DNA of 64,000 nt from Paecilomyces variotii (Eukaryota). The stretch lies in assembly GCA_004022145.1 (NCBI GenBank), contig RCNU01000001.1; one strand, given 5' to 3'. A program made the translations under genes and the position numbers. Below are positions 12,018 through 26,000 of the stretch, in pieces. A model generated the notes under the pieces. The model made no database searches. It had not been told where the DNA came from and was given only the letters and a program-made list of their open reading frames with translations. Position 1 is the first letter of the stretch. Each line of letters opens with the position of its first letter.

Positions 12018-13820
12018 CTATGCTGGAGTTATTCTCAAAAGATTCGCTCGGCCCTGTGTTTCTGCATTCTGCTGCTGCCTTTGCTCTTTTGCAGCCTGGG
12101 CCATTATCGGGTTCACATATCCCCAGAGGAACATATCCATGTATCTATCATGCATGCTGAGCCTCCGTCTGATCCCTTCCTTCAAGATAAGCTCGTCTAC
12201 CCTCTGCAGCCGAATTTTGCTTCCTGTCTTCCCATAGCCCTCAAATTGGAGCGCGCCGATCTCCTGGGGTGGCACTCCAAACATGGTCTTGTCTGCTTCG
12301 TGTGGCAATGGTCGGTATTTCCAGCGAACGTAAGCTTTGAGAGTCTCAAAATGGGTCTGCAGTGCAGTGCGTCTCAGCAGTTTCCACAACAACGAGAAGC
12401 TGGGCTGTGCGAGAACCAAGCGCCTCATTCCGTCACGGCCGCCCCCAGAGAGCGGATCTGTGAAACGCATGTCAAGTTTCACGAAGAACAACGAGGCGAA
12501 GAACAAGTCAGCGTTCGACCAGAGGTTCGAGTTCTGAATGATACCGATACGACGAGCATTATCCGGAATATCCATCAGGAACCAGAGTTTCTTGATCGCC
12601 GGTATGCAATCCCTGGGCATACCGACTCCATCTCTCTGCATCAGCCTCATTATATCCATCACGACACTCTCGCGCCAGAAGATCATCAGTAGCCATCGCA
12701 AGGAAGGCACCTTACGACTCACGCCTAAACCTGCACGTGCCAGGTCTGGATGAGGGTTCCGTGCTGGGTCCTCGATGCACAAGTTCTGGTAGCAGCGGAA
12801 AGGAAAGATGTTAGCGGATTCTGGCGCTTTCGTGGTCGCCTGTGTCAGGACCATGGTAGTGAATCGCGTATCCATCAGGTTATGGAAGTCCCTGGAGATA
12901 GCATAGAGACTTATCAGCTCTTTCACACGAAGATGCTTGGCAAGGGTAAACGCCAGTTCAGGGTGCCTCATAATGGCGTTGAAGATATTGAAATCACTGT
13001 TGACCGTTCTGGCGTCTGATTCATGGCCCGTTTTCAGTTGAGGCGTGGGTCTAGGCCTGATAACTAGTGATGTTTGTCGTTCAGGTTGAGGTGTCATGAT
13101 CAAGCTGTTCGCCCCTGACGACCCAGACACCTGAAGGCCGTTTGACACTCGGTGCGTACCTCGTCGAATACGTCCCAGTCCTCCATGTGGCCTCGATCGC
13201 AGGGTTTGTCGTGATCGAAGACTAGGACCTCCTCCACGAGCAACACTACCCCCGCCCTGCCTCTGGAGTTGAGACCTCAGAGCGGCCTGGAGGGTCCCAG
13301 CTGGCTGTGCAGTAACTGCAGGTGCCTGAGGAACGGCCCCATTGAATTGTGCAGGTGGAATGTGCGGTATGACGATGCCATCATTAGTGATCTGCACTAT
13401 CGGCGGCGGCGGCGCTCGATTTCGTCGCCAGCCCGCCTGTTGCTGATTGTTGCGTAGTTCATCCATCATGACGATCTTGTCTGGTGCAATCCCAGCGAGG
13501 CGTTGCTGATGGATAAGGTAAGCTTGCAAAGCCGTTTGGTTCATGGCTGCTGGAGCAACTGGAGCAACCGGAGCCTGAGAGGTAGTGGAAGCTCTTGCAC
13601 GAGTATCCAAAGTACGATATGCTTGGGCGGTTCCAGGTGAAAGAATACCCTTGTTTACATCTCTCGTGGAGGCCAGATTCGCGTTTGTCCGTTGCTCGGT
13701 TTCACGAACACTTTCCCCATGACCACCCATCGAAAGAAGGCTTAGAGCCTCAGCAGCTTCTATCTCCAACGCGGTTTTTCCCTCCATCATGTTACTATTG
13801 TCCAACTGCTTTTCTGACAT
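12018..13820 (-). CDS. Hypothetical protein (~600 aa): low-complexity N-terminus plus globular C-terminal domain with a weak F-box-like segment
   Basis: Long uninterrupted ORF. FNIFNAIMRHPELAFTLAKHLRVKELISLYAISRDFHNLM resembles an F-box helix pattern. First ATG at 13820; upstream exons not excluded. Confidence 0.75.
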   Translation of the reverse strand: MSEKQLDNSNMMEGKTALEIEAAEALSLLSMGGHGESVRETEQRTNANLASTRDVNKGILSPGTAQAYRTLDTRARASTTSQAPVAPVAPAAMNQTALQAYLIHQQRLAGIAPDKIVMMDELRNNQQQAGWRRNRAPPPPIVQITNDGIVIPHIPPAQFNGAVPQAPAVTAQPAGTLQAALRSQLQRQGGGSVARGGGPSLRSRQTLRSRPHGGLGRIRRGTHRVSNGLQVSGSSGANSLIMTPQPERQTSLVIRPRPTPQLKTGHESDARTVNSDFNIFNAIMRHPELAFTLAKHLRVKELISLYAISRDFHNLMDTRFTTMVLTQATTKAPESANIFPFRCYQNLCIEDPARNPHPDLARAGLGVSRKVPSLRWLLMIFWRESVVMDIMRLMQRDGVGMPRDCIPAIKKLWFLMDIPDNARRIGIIQNSNLWSNADLFFASLFFVKLDMRFTDPLSGGGRDGMRRLVLAQPSFSLLWKLLRRTALQTHFETLKAYVRWKYRPLPHEADKTMFGVPPQEIGALQFEGYGKTGSKIRLQRVDELILKEGIRRRLSMHDRYMDMFLWGYVNPIMAQAAKEQRQQQNAETQGRANLLRITPA

Positions 13821-15493
13821 GCTGTAGACTCCTCCGTCAGTACAACAAAGCAAAGTATAAGCTTTATATGGACATGAACCAACATCCTGAGATAACAATA
13901 CAAGGGAACTCACATTCACTCGGATTTCACGTGCTCCAGAAGTGGTGAAAGAACGTAGCTCTTCAACTTAAAATTTTGTTGTATGTGAGTCAGTAGCAGG
14001 CTACTCGCAAGATGGATGCTGTGGAAATATCAACGATTCCACAGGAGACAGAGATAATAGTGATGTCGCATAAAAGTCCAGCAGGCCTTTCTATTGACTG
14101 AATCCAATAGCCCTCGTCTTTGAAAGTAAGAAGGAATGCACTATCACGATGGTCCTGGTCGTCCAGTATCTCAAGATGCAGAAACAGCAGCAAAGAGGGC
14201 AAGACTGTCAAGAATCCACAGCACATAAGACATCTGTTTGTTTCTGTGGACTCTTTGCTTTCAGTGAAGCGGATTTTGCAGGTATCACGATGTTTATTCA
14301 CTGCCAGGCAACAGACATGACAATAGTAACTAAGGGACCCGCCGCCTATCTGCGATTCCTTTCTCAGTACTACTAGGATGATGTGAATTTCCGGCTTATG
14401 GAGTAACACTAGACGCGGCATGCTGATGTGTTGATCAAGGAGAGTTACTGTGGGAAGGCAGACCGGCAAGTCCCTATAATAGTATCAATAGGTAGTGGAA
14501 TCAGGGCATGCACCTGGAGATCGAGTCTGCCTGGACATGGACATAGTCACCATAAACCCCCTTTCCAACAGGTTATTAAAGAGAGGCTAGAAATTTTAGT
14601 TGATGTAGTAAGTGATGGAAACTACAGAGACAATATATTTCTATGCCACTTCCTGCATATACCTCGGAGGAGACTCTTTCCTTGAGTCTTGTAAACCGGG
14701 AACGAATCTATGGTTGAACGTCCAGGAAATAAAATGAATTTAAGAATAGACCATTATTGGCTCAATTAAGTTTGGGGAAAAGAAGGACCTTCATGTGTCT
14801 GTAGCTTAAGCATAATGCATATCATATAGTGCTCGTCACTATTGTAATATGACCGGCTGATCCCCCACCCCGTCTATAATGCTCGAATCAGCCTCTTTAT
14901 TGCACTGCACAGTAAGTACCAGAAATTACGAGAAGAAGCGGCGCGTGTCTTTCTCGGTGTGTCTTTACTCTGTTGGAGACTTCCCTGTTTCTCGTCTCGT
15001 ACACCCAGTAAAGCCAATACCAACGAAAACTCAACTGCCATAGTCACAACAGCTAAACCAGAATAATCTGATATCTCATAACGCCGACAATGATCCCTGC
15101 ATGACATATCTTATTATATAGCCATTAGTCTATAGCCAAACCGAAAGACGCCCGAAGATAGCTCAAAAGACAATCCATGCACGTACCTTTTACCACTTTT
15201 CTTTATTCAACCTGACCAACATCAAGCATGGATTCGGCACATGGTTGGCTTAACATGTATAACAGAATCTGACGAGTACTTTACTCAAATTCTTTGTCTT
15301 GGTTATGTCACACAATGCGTCCTTTGCTAATCGTGGTGGTTGGATGTACGGGTGGCATGGATCTCGGTGGTATTTATAGACTCTGTTCCTCGAGAGAGAA
15401 GAAAAGTATCTCTCACCTCTTAAGTGTATAATCTTCTGAGATTGTGCAGATATATCATAGCTGACATTATATTGAACTTGAAAACACGCAAGT

Positions 15494-16735
15494 ATGCGTG
15501 TAAACGCTGTTGTCTTCGCGGCTCTAGCTGCTGGGCTTGTTGCCGGTTATGCCCATCCGGCAATGCTCCAACGTACGTTCGCAATTAGAATATCGATATA
15601 CCTGGCTCTTCTGACACAATCCTCTACTCCTGCTAGATCAAAAGCGTGGCAGCGAGGTCTCTTCTTCGTGGTCTATCACTCAGTCAGTTCCCTCAAGCCC
15701 GGCGGTAGACAGGGTGACGACTCGTGCCCCTCAATCTTTTTCTACTGGTGGTAAGCAAGTCACGAACCTAGACATGATAGCAACAATATCACGATATTAT
15801 TTTTGTCGAGCAATATGAAATTTCGAAAGGGTTGCGCTGACATCTTAGTTTCTACAGTTCGAAGTCTCGAAATTATCCCAACAATTCCAGTCCCTACTCC
15901 ATCTCCCCAAAGCTCGAATGTCCACCCAGACAAGGAAAGTGCTCAAGCAGAGGCAGAAAACTTTTCAGAACTATCGCCCCTGCCAACATTGACCTCTCCC
16001 CTGGGGAAGAGGAGCGGTGATGATAAGCCACACCTGATAGTACCACCAGGTGCAACCATATACACGATCTTCCCACCTACTGCAATGCCAAAGGATAAGC
16101 GAAATGAAAACGGAGAATATATCGTTCCTCTACCAACATTGACTGTTCCCCTGCCCCTGGAGAAGAGGAGCGGTGACGATGAGCCACATCTGATAATACC
16201 ACCAGGTGCAACTATGTACACGAGCTTGCCACCTATTATAACGCAAACATGCGTCACCACCTACAGCATCTTGCCCACTCCGCTGCCAGAGCACAAGCGA
16301 AGTGGAAATGGAGAACACATATTGCCTTTGCCAACATTGACTATTTCCCAGGAGGAGAGGAACGATAACGATGGGCCAGGTCCAAGATGTGTACTGGTCC
16401 TGCCAACCGTTGCACTGGCAGAAGAGAAGACAAAACAAGATCAGGCAGGAATTAGCCCAACTGCGCCCCCGTGTCCCAATCCATGGATTCCAAGCTGTAA
16501 TGCCACGCCGCCAGAAGGCAAGAAAAACAACCGGGAAGGAGAGAGAGAACTGGAGAAGACCGTTCTGTCACCAGGTCTGACCTCGCTCATACCGAAAGAT
16601 CCATTGCCGAGACCAACTCCGCGTCCTTCTCTAGGTTTTGGTGACCCACAGAAGAGAAGTGATCAGAAAAGGCAGCCAGAGCTGCCTGCCAAATTTCTGA
16701 CTCTCACTGTTGGGATCGGAGGAAATGTGCCTTGA
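15494..16735 (+). CDS. Secreted Kex2-processed repeat protein (KEP-like peptide precursor); exons 15494-15572, 15637-15750, 15858-16735
   Basis: Signal peptide MRVNAVVFAALAAGLVAG; two GT-AG introns with CTGAC branch sites keep the frame; seven KR dipeptides, four of which bound internally repeated units. Confidence 0.8.
15977..16345 (+). repeat. Imperfect intragenic tandem repeat (~150-200 bp unit) encoding PLPTLT...KR-SGDDxPHLIxPPGAT...KR
   Basis: DNA similarity is visible: ccaacattgac occurs three times (~15983, ~16133, ~16331), and aagaggagcggtga..ga..agccaca.ctgata.taccaccaggtgcaac occurs twice. Confidence 0.9.
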
Positions 16736-17589
16736 AATTACTGTCGAGTTGTCGAGTGTCTTTCCTTTTCGGGAATCGGATATAGCAAATGGTTGATATG
16801 GTGAGATTCCAGTTCTGGTTTCGAACTTTCTTTCTGAGGCAAGGCCTCGCGTCCTCCATACAGAGAGAAGAAATGCGTTCCTTTCACTTGAGAATTAGTT
16901 ACTTCACTTAAGCAGTGAACTTACTAAGTTTAGTCCGCAAATCTGCATTTTGGCTGAAACTCGAGCTGTGGCATACTTCCTGCCACTACGCTTATTTCAT
17001 ATCTCAATGTTGGGACGAAGAGCGTGTCAAAGATATATGATAATCTCTATTCTATACGTAAAGTACAATGCAGAGTTATTATAGAACGCGAGTCCCGGAA
17101 GGCAGATGCCAATATCAGCATAATCTAGGAATTTCCAACCGAATCTAGATTATAAATGTTGAAGAGCACCATCCGGCCGGCGTAGACCTTTTTTTTGTCT
17201 TCCAGCACCATCAACCGCGATTTTCTTAATACAAACCGGAATAACAGCAGTATTCATGATGACATGCCTATCCGTTTAAGTTGCCAACAACGCCAAGAAT
17301 AAAAGTTTCCATAAATACATCATCAAAGGTGTTGAGATCCTTTCGTCAGACCATGGAGAATCAAGAAAATGAATAGAAGCCAATGTGAGATGATAATCAG
17401 ACCGAGATAAGTTTGAATACCAGCGAAATGAATGGTAATTAGTTGCCTGCCGAGGTTGAATGAACCATAACCCGGCATACCTGTTGAAAGGCCGCCACCA
17501 TAACTCCGCTAAATAGTGAGATCGACAGAACGTAACTTGATATACAGTTCGATGTTAAATTTCGTGAGAACGCGGAAAATCTGCCGAGT

Positions 17590-18751
17590 TCATTTGCGAT
17601 TCAAGAGGGTCAAGAATTCCTCTCGAGTTTTCGCACTGGACCGCATGCATCCGAGCATACAACTCGTGGTGGTTGTGCTGCTCGTCTTTTGAACGCCGCG
17701 CATAACCATGCAGAGGTGAGACGACTCCATGACCACGCCCACACCTCGGGGCTTCAGTACCTCTGAGATTGCTAGTGCGACTTGTTTGGTGAGACGCTCC
17801 TGGACTTGTAGTCGTCGGGAAAACATTTCAGCCAGACGAGCAAGCTTTGAAAGACCAAGGACGCGACGGTCAGGGATATAGCCAATATGCATCTATGAAA
17901 ACCATGTGTTAGAGTAGTGGTAGGCGTAGTATCAGGTTAGCGCAACTGTACCTTTCCTGTGAAGGGAACCATATGATGTTCGCATAGCGAGAAGACCTCG
18001 ATATCTTTCACAATGACCAGCTCGTCGTGGTCTTCGTGAAAGACTGCTCCATTTACAAGGTCCCTGACATTTTCTTCGTAGCCCTTAGTGAAGAAAAGAA
18101 GAGCTTTGGCATATCTCTCCGGAGTCTCCCTAAGACCTTCTCTGTCCGGATCCTCGCCGATGCATTCGAAGATAGTTTTCACTGCCCCTGCCAATTTCTG
18201 AATTCTTTCTTCGGTTTGTTCTGGGGTCGACTCCAGTCTGGCCCTGGTGCCAGGACCTAACAGACTCTTAGCCAATATACACAGTTTTGCCTGGGGAGCA
18301 CTACTCACAAGGCCAGCTCAACCCGTCGAAGTCAATCGGAGGGTTAAGGGTATATGGACTGGCAGGTCGACTGATAGTCGGAGTCAATGGTGCTGCCTCG
18401 TCTCTGGGATCTCGAGCGGGGTCACGAAGGGTGGGTCTAAAGCCGATTCAGTATGGATGCTTGCGCAAGATCTCATGTGATATACCTTGTAGGCTCCAGG
18501 GAGTGCGAGGCAGCTCCTGTGTCCGCATTGGAGGCACTGTTGCTGTTGGACATGCTTTCCGTCGACGATGAGTCAAATTCGGCGGGAACGCGAGGATGGA
18601 AAGAGGAACGGATGGAAGAGTTGAGGTTCTCCCGCTCACGAGAATCGCGAGTCGCCGTAGAGCCGCTCAATGGAGAGCTACCGTTAATCAGATATGAGGG
18701 GAGAGCGGACTTGGGTTTCGGACCCAAGGGAGGAGGAGAACCAGAGCCCAT
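17590..18751 (-). CDS. FOL2: GTP cyclohydrolase I (4 exons)
   Basis: [52 protein letters not shown] and HLCMVMRG motifs; three introns restore the frame. Confidence 0.96.
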
Positions 18752-19712
18752 TTCTTGCCTTCCAGAACGGTTACTAGCAAGCCCTCAGGTTATGTTATTC
18801 TGTGGCGGATGAGGATCAGAGAGAGGCAGAGAAGTTCAGGGACCTCTAAGCAGTCAATGCATAGTTGGGAGAAGAAAGATCAAAGAAATTGTTCCATGTA
18901 GTGGGTAGGTAAGTCAGTAAATGGAAAATCGCGGAGGGTTCCAAGCGGGGAGCTGATAATAGTTTTCTTATCCCGCAATCCTCTCCGTCTGATCTCATCC
19001 ACTAAACTATTCTGGGAAGCCCGAGGCCACCTGACCCAATCGCATCTCCGATCGGCGACCGACAGCGCCGTTCCTGACAGAAACGGCGATCGCTCAGTAA
19101 AGACAATATGCTGATACAATCGATGTTCTTATCGTGACACCGATACCAACGGTAAGTATTCTGTATACTGCCTACCAAGTCTTCATGGCAATTAGCAGGT
19201 CGTCCTTTCAGCTATTCAATATCTGCGTAAGCAAGCTCTACACTCTAAGAGTTCAATGACGCCTATTATCCATATATACACTGAGCCCCTTCATATCTAT
19301 TGTTAACCCATAAGAATGAGACGCTCTCTGAGACCACGATTGCTATTTACTCGTACTCAAAAAGGAAAACTTGGATCGACCAGGATAAGGCATAGTTATA
19401 CTGGAAAGAGAGTCAAAGGGGAAGTACGCTGACAACTCCATGCCTGCCTTGTTTAGCAACTATGATCATCTTTGCATATGACAAGAAGTGAGCAGACCTA
19501 GACCACTGGCGCGCCTTCTTGTTATATCAACTTCTGAGAAACTAGACTGCTGTTCTTCCAATATACAGACCACAGTAGCACTACTGGCTGCTTTATTTCT
19601 CATACAGAACACAATTGCTTCTAAACAATTGTCGATATTCTTCGAGATTGCACTTCGGTACGGAAGCGTGGATGGTTCTGAATCACAAGTCGACCAACAT
19701 CACCTGAGCGAT

Positions 19713-20300
19713 ATGAAGTTCCCACTCCTCCTCGCTGGTCTCATTACAGCCTTCTCAGCACCCAGAAACGCACATACAGCTGCTATACTCACATCCCCGG
19801 AAGCCTCATCGACAATCAAGGCCCTATACCCGCGTGCCGTTTCACTGTTCTACGTCTCGAGCGGCGACATTCAGTATAATTCCAGCTACGGCCTCATTTA
19901 CAAGGGAATCGGTTCCATGTCCGACTCAGATGTCACGACTCTCGTAACATTCGACGTCCCTGAAAGCTGGGCTGGCAAGAGTTGCAGACTATACTTTGAC
20001 CTAGCACCGGAAGACGTCCTTTCTGGTTCCAATACCGCGGACGTGTTCACGTCCTTGACCATCGTTGAACAATCTTCATCCAACTGGTCCCCCGGTAACC
20101 AAAGAAATGAATACCTTGGTAGATTCACGGTTGATGGGTCGCATAAGGGGAAATGGATCGATACAGACGATGGAGATACTCCTCGGTTCAAGTGCCCTGC
20201 GAATGAGGCCATAGCTTGGGAACTTGTGGGTGTTAGTGACCGTGTCAAGATCCGCTGGGCGGCGAAGTCAGGGAATGGTCCTAGAATCGAGATGGTCTAA
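19713..20300 (+). CDS. Small secreted protein with But2 C-terminal-like beta domain
   Basis: Hydrophobic N-terminus MKFPLLLAGLITAFSA; TTLVTFDVPESWAGKSCRLYF matches the TxxxFDIP...KxCxLxF pattern of But2-like proteins; second Cys near the C-terminus; intronless. Confidence 0.65.
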   Translation: MKFPLLLAGLITAFSAPRNAHTAAILTSPEASSTIKALYPRAVSLFYVSSGDIQYNSSYGLIYKGIGSMSDSDVTTLVTFDVPESWAGKSCRLYFDLAPEDVLSGSNTADVFTSLTIVEQSSSNWSPGNQRNEYLGRFTVDGSHKGKWIDTDDGDTPRFKCPANEAIAWELVGVSDRVKIRWAAKSGNGPRIEMV

Positions 20301-20930
20301 TTGTGATGGGCTGGCCATTTCGCTTGAAACTCCGTCGAGGGCATTGCAGAAATCATTGACGTGTATATGCGCACCCGGTGGGAGTCAATTCATTGATGGA
20401 GCAGCTTCCTTGTGCTTGAGCGACAGTTGTTGCCTTTCGTGGCGCGGGGATGGATATTACTACGCGCTACATTGTTTGCTAGGCAAGCGAGAACAGATCT
20501 TTTAAAGTCACTCGTTCCATAGTTTATTCAGTCGAATCAGATACCTATTCCCCGGACCTGACTAGTAATGCTAAATAAGAGCCGCAGATAATTCAGTCAG
20601 TCATACATACATCGATCAAAAAGCGAAAAGATCACAGAAGTTCAATAGAGGACGGGTAGGACTCTCATGCGCAATATTGATATCCCCGATTTCTCACGGA
20701 TTCCCGGAAAACAGATTATGCCAGAGAAGGGAGAGAAATAGGAGCAATGATGCTGGTAGTGACGGATAGATGGACACGGGACGAGAAACCGCACAGCTTC
20801 TCTCTTTGGAGTGCTGATTGTATGGCCCCCCTTTTTTCTTTACTGCGCCATATATGGCGCGTGCGGTGATATCGACGTCGCAGGAGTGTTCGGATACTCC
20901 CGTTGTATTTTGGTTTGTCAACAAGGTTAC

Positions 20931-22532
<1,602 letters not shown>

Positions 22533-23085
22533 GGTTTCTGTTTGCTCGAAAAATTACTGGAAGCGAGTCTGAGAGCTGAAGCGAAAAGGTGGAACGCAAG
22601 ATCAACTGGGATTCACCAGACTAGAGTGGTCAATAGACCGTATTCGAGCTCGCAAGTGCTGCAGAGGTCGAGAGAAGCAGTTCCGCCTGGCAAAGAACGC
22701 GACTCGTCGATCGCAGAGCGCGTTAATGGGCATAGGATGCGCTAACCCGGAAGAGGAAGGCGCCTCGGAGGCACGGACAATCATCGCCGACGGCGTGACT
22801 CTTGAGCTGTCGCAACTTGGCCCAGCATTCATCTCTCCCAGAATACCGCCACGAACGGACGACTGGGGTTTGCTTTCTTTTAACCTGTCGTATTGTTTTC
22901 CTTTCTATTTCATACGGCGACGTATAGTGGAGGACTTCGGTCGCTTTTCTTCAGACCTCATTTACCCTGATGCCGCACTTGCGAGCTTGCTAGATATCTC
23001 AATTCCCCGAGAGGCGAACCCTACCCCGACGACTTTTCCTTGGACATATTCAAGCTCCCGGTATCTACATTAATTTACTGCCACC

Positions 23086-26000
23086 ATGGGTGTCCCCAAA
23101 TTCTTCAGGTGGCTCAGTGAGCGGTATCCGCCCATCTCGCAGCTCATCGCCGAGAACCGGATACCAGAGTTCGACTGTCTGTATCTGGATATGAACGGTA
23201 TTATCCATAACTGTACGCATAAGGACTCGGATTCTCCCACATTTCGTATGACGGAAGACAAGATGTTCATCGCCATTTTCAACTACATTGAACATCTCTA
23301 TGGCAAAATCAAGCCAAAGAAGTTATTCTTCATGGCTATCGACGGTGTTGCCCCTCGCGCTAAGATGAACCAGCAGCGCGCACGACGATTTCGAACGGCA
23401 CTTGATGCTGAGGTCGCGAAAGAAAAAGCTATCGCAGAAGGAGTCGAGATGCCGAAGGAAGATGCTTTTGATAGCAATTGCATTACTCCGGGAACCGAGT
23501 TTATGGCGAAGTTGACCCAACAACTGAAATATTTCATCAACAAGAAGATATCAGAGGACGTGGAATGGCAAGGAGTGGACATTGTGCTTTCCGGACATGA
23601 GGTCCCTGGAGAAGGAGAGCACAAGATCATGGAATATATTCGGCAGGCGAAAGCCCAGCCAGGATACGACGCCAACGTGCGACACTGTCTCTATGGTCTG
23701 GACGCAGATCTAATCATGCTTGGTCTGCTCAGTCACGACCCGCATTTCTGTCTTCTCCGTGAAGAGGTGACTTTTGGCAGGCAAAACCAAAAGAAGAGCA
23801 AGGAGCTCGAACACCAGAATTTTTATCTTTTGCATCTTTGTATTGTGAGAGAATACTTGGAGCTGGAATTCCAAGACTTGGAAGTGGAAGGAGCGCTGCA
23901 ATTTCCATTTGACATGGAGCGCGTTATTGACGATTTCATCCTCATGGCTTTCTTTGTTGGAAACGATTTCTTACCTAATCTTCCGAATCTGCATATCAAT
24001 GAAGGTGCTCTGGCACTTATGTTCAAGACTTACAAGGAACAATTGCCGAAGATGGGTGGGTACATCAATGAGCGCGGTACTATCAACATGGAGCGTTTGG
24101 GGATTCTACTGGATTCGCTCTCCGACGTCGAATATCGCTTTTTCGAGATGGAGTATTCGGATGCACGTTGGGTGAAGTCGAAAAAGAACGGCGGGCAGGA
24201 GACGTTGGAACTTCAAGAGAAACCCAAGGGTCTCACAATCACTCCTACACAAAAGGAACTCCTCAAGAAAGTCAAGCAGTACGTTCTCAATCGTCCTGCA
24301 GACACCCAGGAAATCGAACCATTGGATCTTCCGCCGACCCTTCCGGCTCGCGATCGAAAGTTCATTGAGCAACTTGCTGACGACCTTCGACTGCCGTGGA
24401 CGACGGTGTTGGACGAACACGATCAGCGATTCATAAGGCTTCGGCTTCCATCAAAGGAGAATGATGAAAATGGCGACAACGAAGAAGATGAGGAGGATGA
24501 AGAGGAAGACGAAGAAGCATTGGTTGCGCTCCGCCGTGTTCTCAAGAAATACGAAAATGCAAAGGTCCAAGAAATCTCCGCAGAAGAGGCTCAAGCGGCG
24601 GCCGAGAAGAAGTATGAGGAGAAATTCCGGGAGTGGAAGAATAACTACTATGAGAGCAAATTCGGATGGGGCCTCGATAATGAGGAGGAGATGAGGAAGT
24701 TGACGGAGAACTACGTCCAGGGTCTCCAATGGGTGCTCTTTTACTATTACAGGGGTGTCGCTTCTTGGCCGTGGTTCTATAGCTATCACTATGCCCCGAT
24801 GATTTCAGACGTTAAGAAGGGTCTGAAAGCGGATACAAACTTCAAGCTCGGACAACCCTTCCGACCCTTCCAGCAGCTCATGGGAGTCTTGCCTGATCGA
24901 AGCAAGCAAATAGTACCTAAGGTGTATCATGAGCTGATGACTTCACCCGACTCACCCATCATCGACTTCTATCCGCGAGAGTTTGAGCTTGACATGAACG
25001 GCAAAAAGATGGAGTGGGAAGCTGTTGTTAAGATCCCTTTCATCGATGAGAAACGACTACTAGGCGCTATGGAGAAGAAGGACAAACTACTCAGTGATGC
25101 GGAAAGGGCCCGAAATGAGTTCGGGGTCAGTCTCAAGTTTACATATTCCCCCTCGATCGAGTTTGAGTACCCATCTTCACTCCCTGGAGTGTTTCCTGAT
25201 ATTCCACATTGTCATTGCATCGAGAATATATTCGATCTGCCGACCATGGAAGGACTCGAGCCCTATGTTGGCCTGGTAGACGGTGTGAAATTGGGTAAAG
25301 CTGCGCTTGCAGGCTTTCCCACTCTGAAGACTTTGCCTCACGTTGGCCAGCTTGGTTTCCACGGAGTGAATGTCTTCCAGCAAGAGAGTCGAAACGAGAG
25401 CATGATCGTTACCCTCCTCAATCCCGAGTCGAGATCGAACATCGAGCTAGCGAAAGCTAAACTCGGGCAGCGTGTTTACGTTGGATACCCTTTCTTGCAG
25501 GAGGCTCTTGTTGTTCGCGTTTCAGACGAGCTTTTCGACTATGTCCTTCCTATAGGGGAACAGCACGTGGCATCCGTTCCTCACACACCTCAACAGATTG
25601 AGCAGTGGAAAAAGAAAGCGGACAAGATCGAAGCTTACTATAGTAAACGACTGGGAATCATCACTGGTCCAGTTGAATCTATGGTCCACGTCCAAATGCT
25701 CAAAGGCCTACTGAAGACGGACGAGGGTGCTACGCTAAAGGAGTTTGCCGAAATTCCAGGCCAGGAGACTGATTATGCTCTCCAGCTCATTGTGGATGAG
25801 GTTATTAGCGAAGACGAACGCTTCATGGAGCGGGAAGCACTTCCCATCGAGGAAGAATTTCCCGAAGGCTCGAGGGCCTTTTTCCTAGGAGAATTCAACT
25901 ATGGCAGACCTGTCCATGTTACTGGCCACGAAAATGGCAAAGTCAATGGGCTGATAGCTGCCGTGAAAGGCAAGGAGCCTGAATTTGGGAAGCTGCATGC

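Noticed and set aside
12018-20300. Possible RiPP (dikaritin) cluster around the KEP-like gene
   Set aside because: No DUF3328/UstYa HxxHC oxidase, tyrosinase, P450 or transporter among the neighbours.
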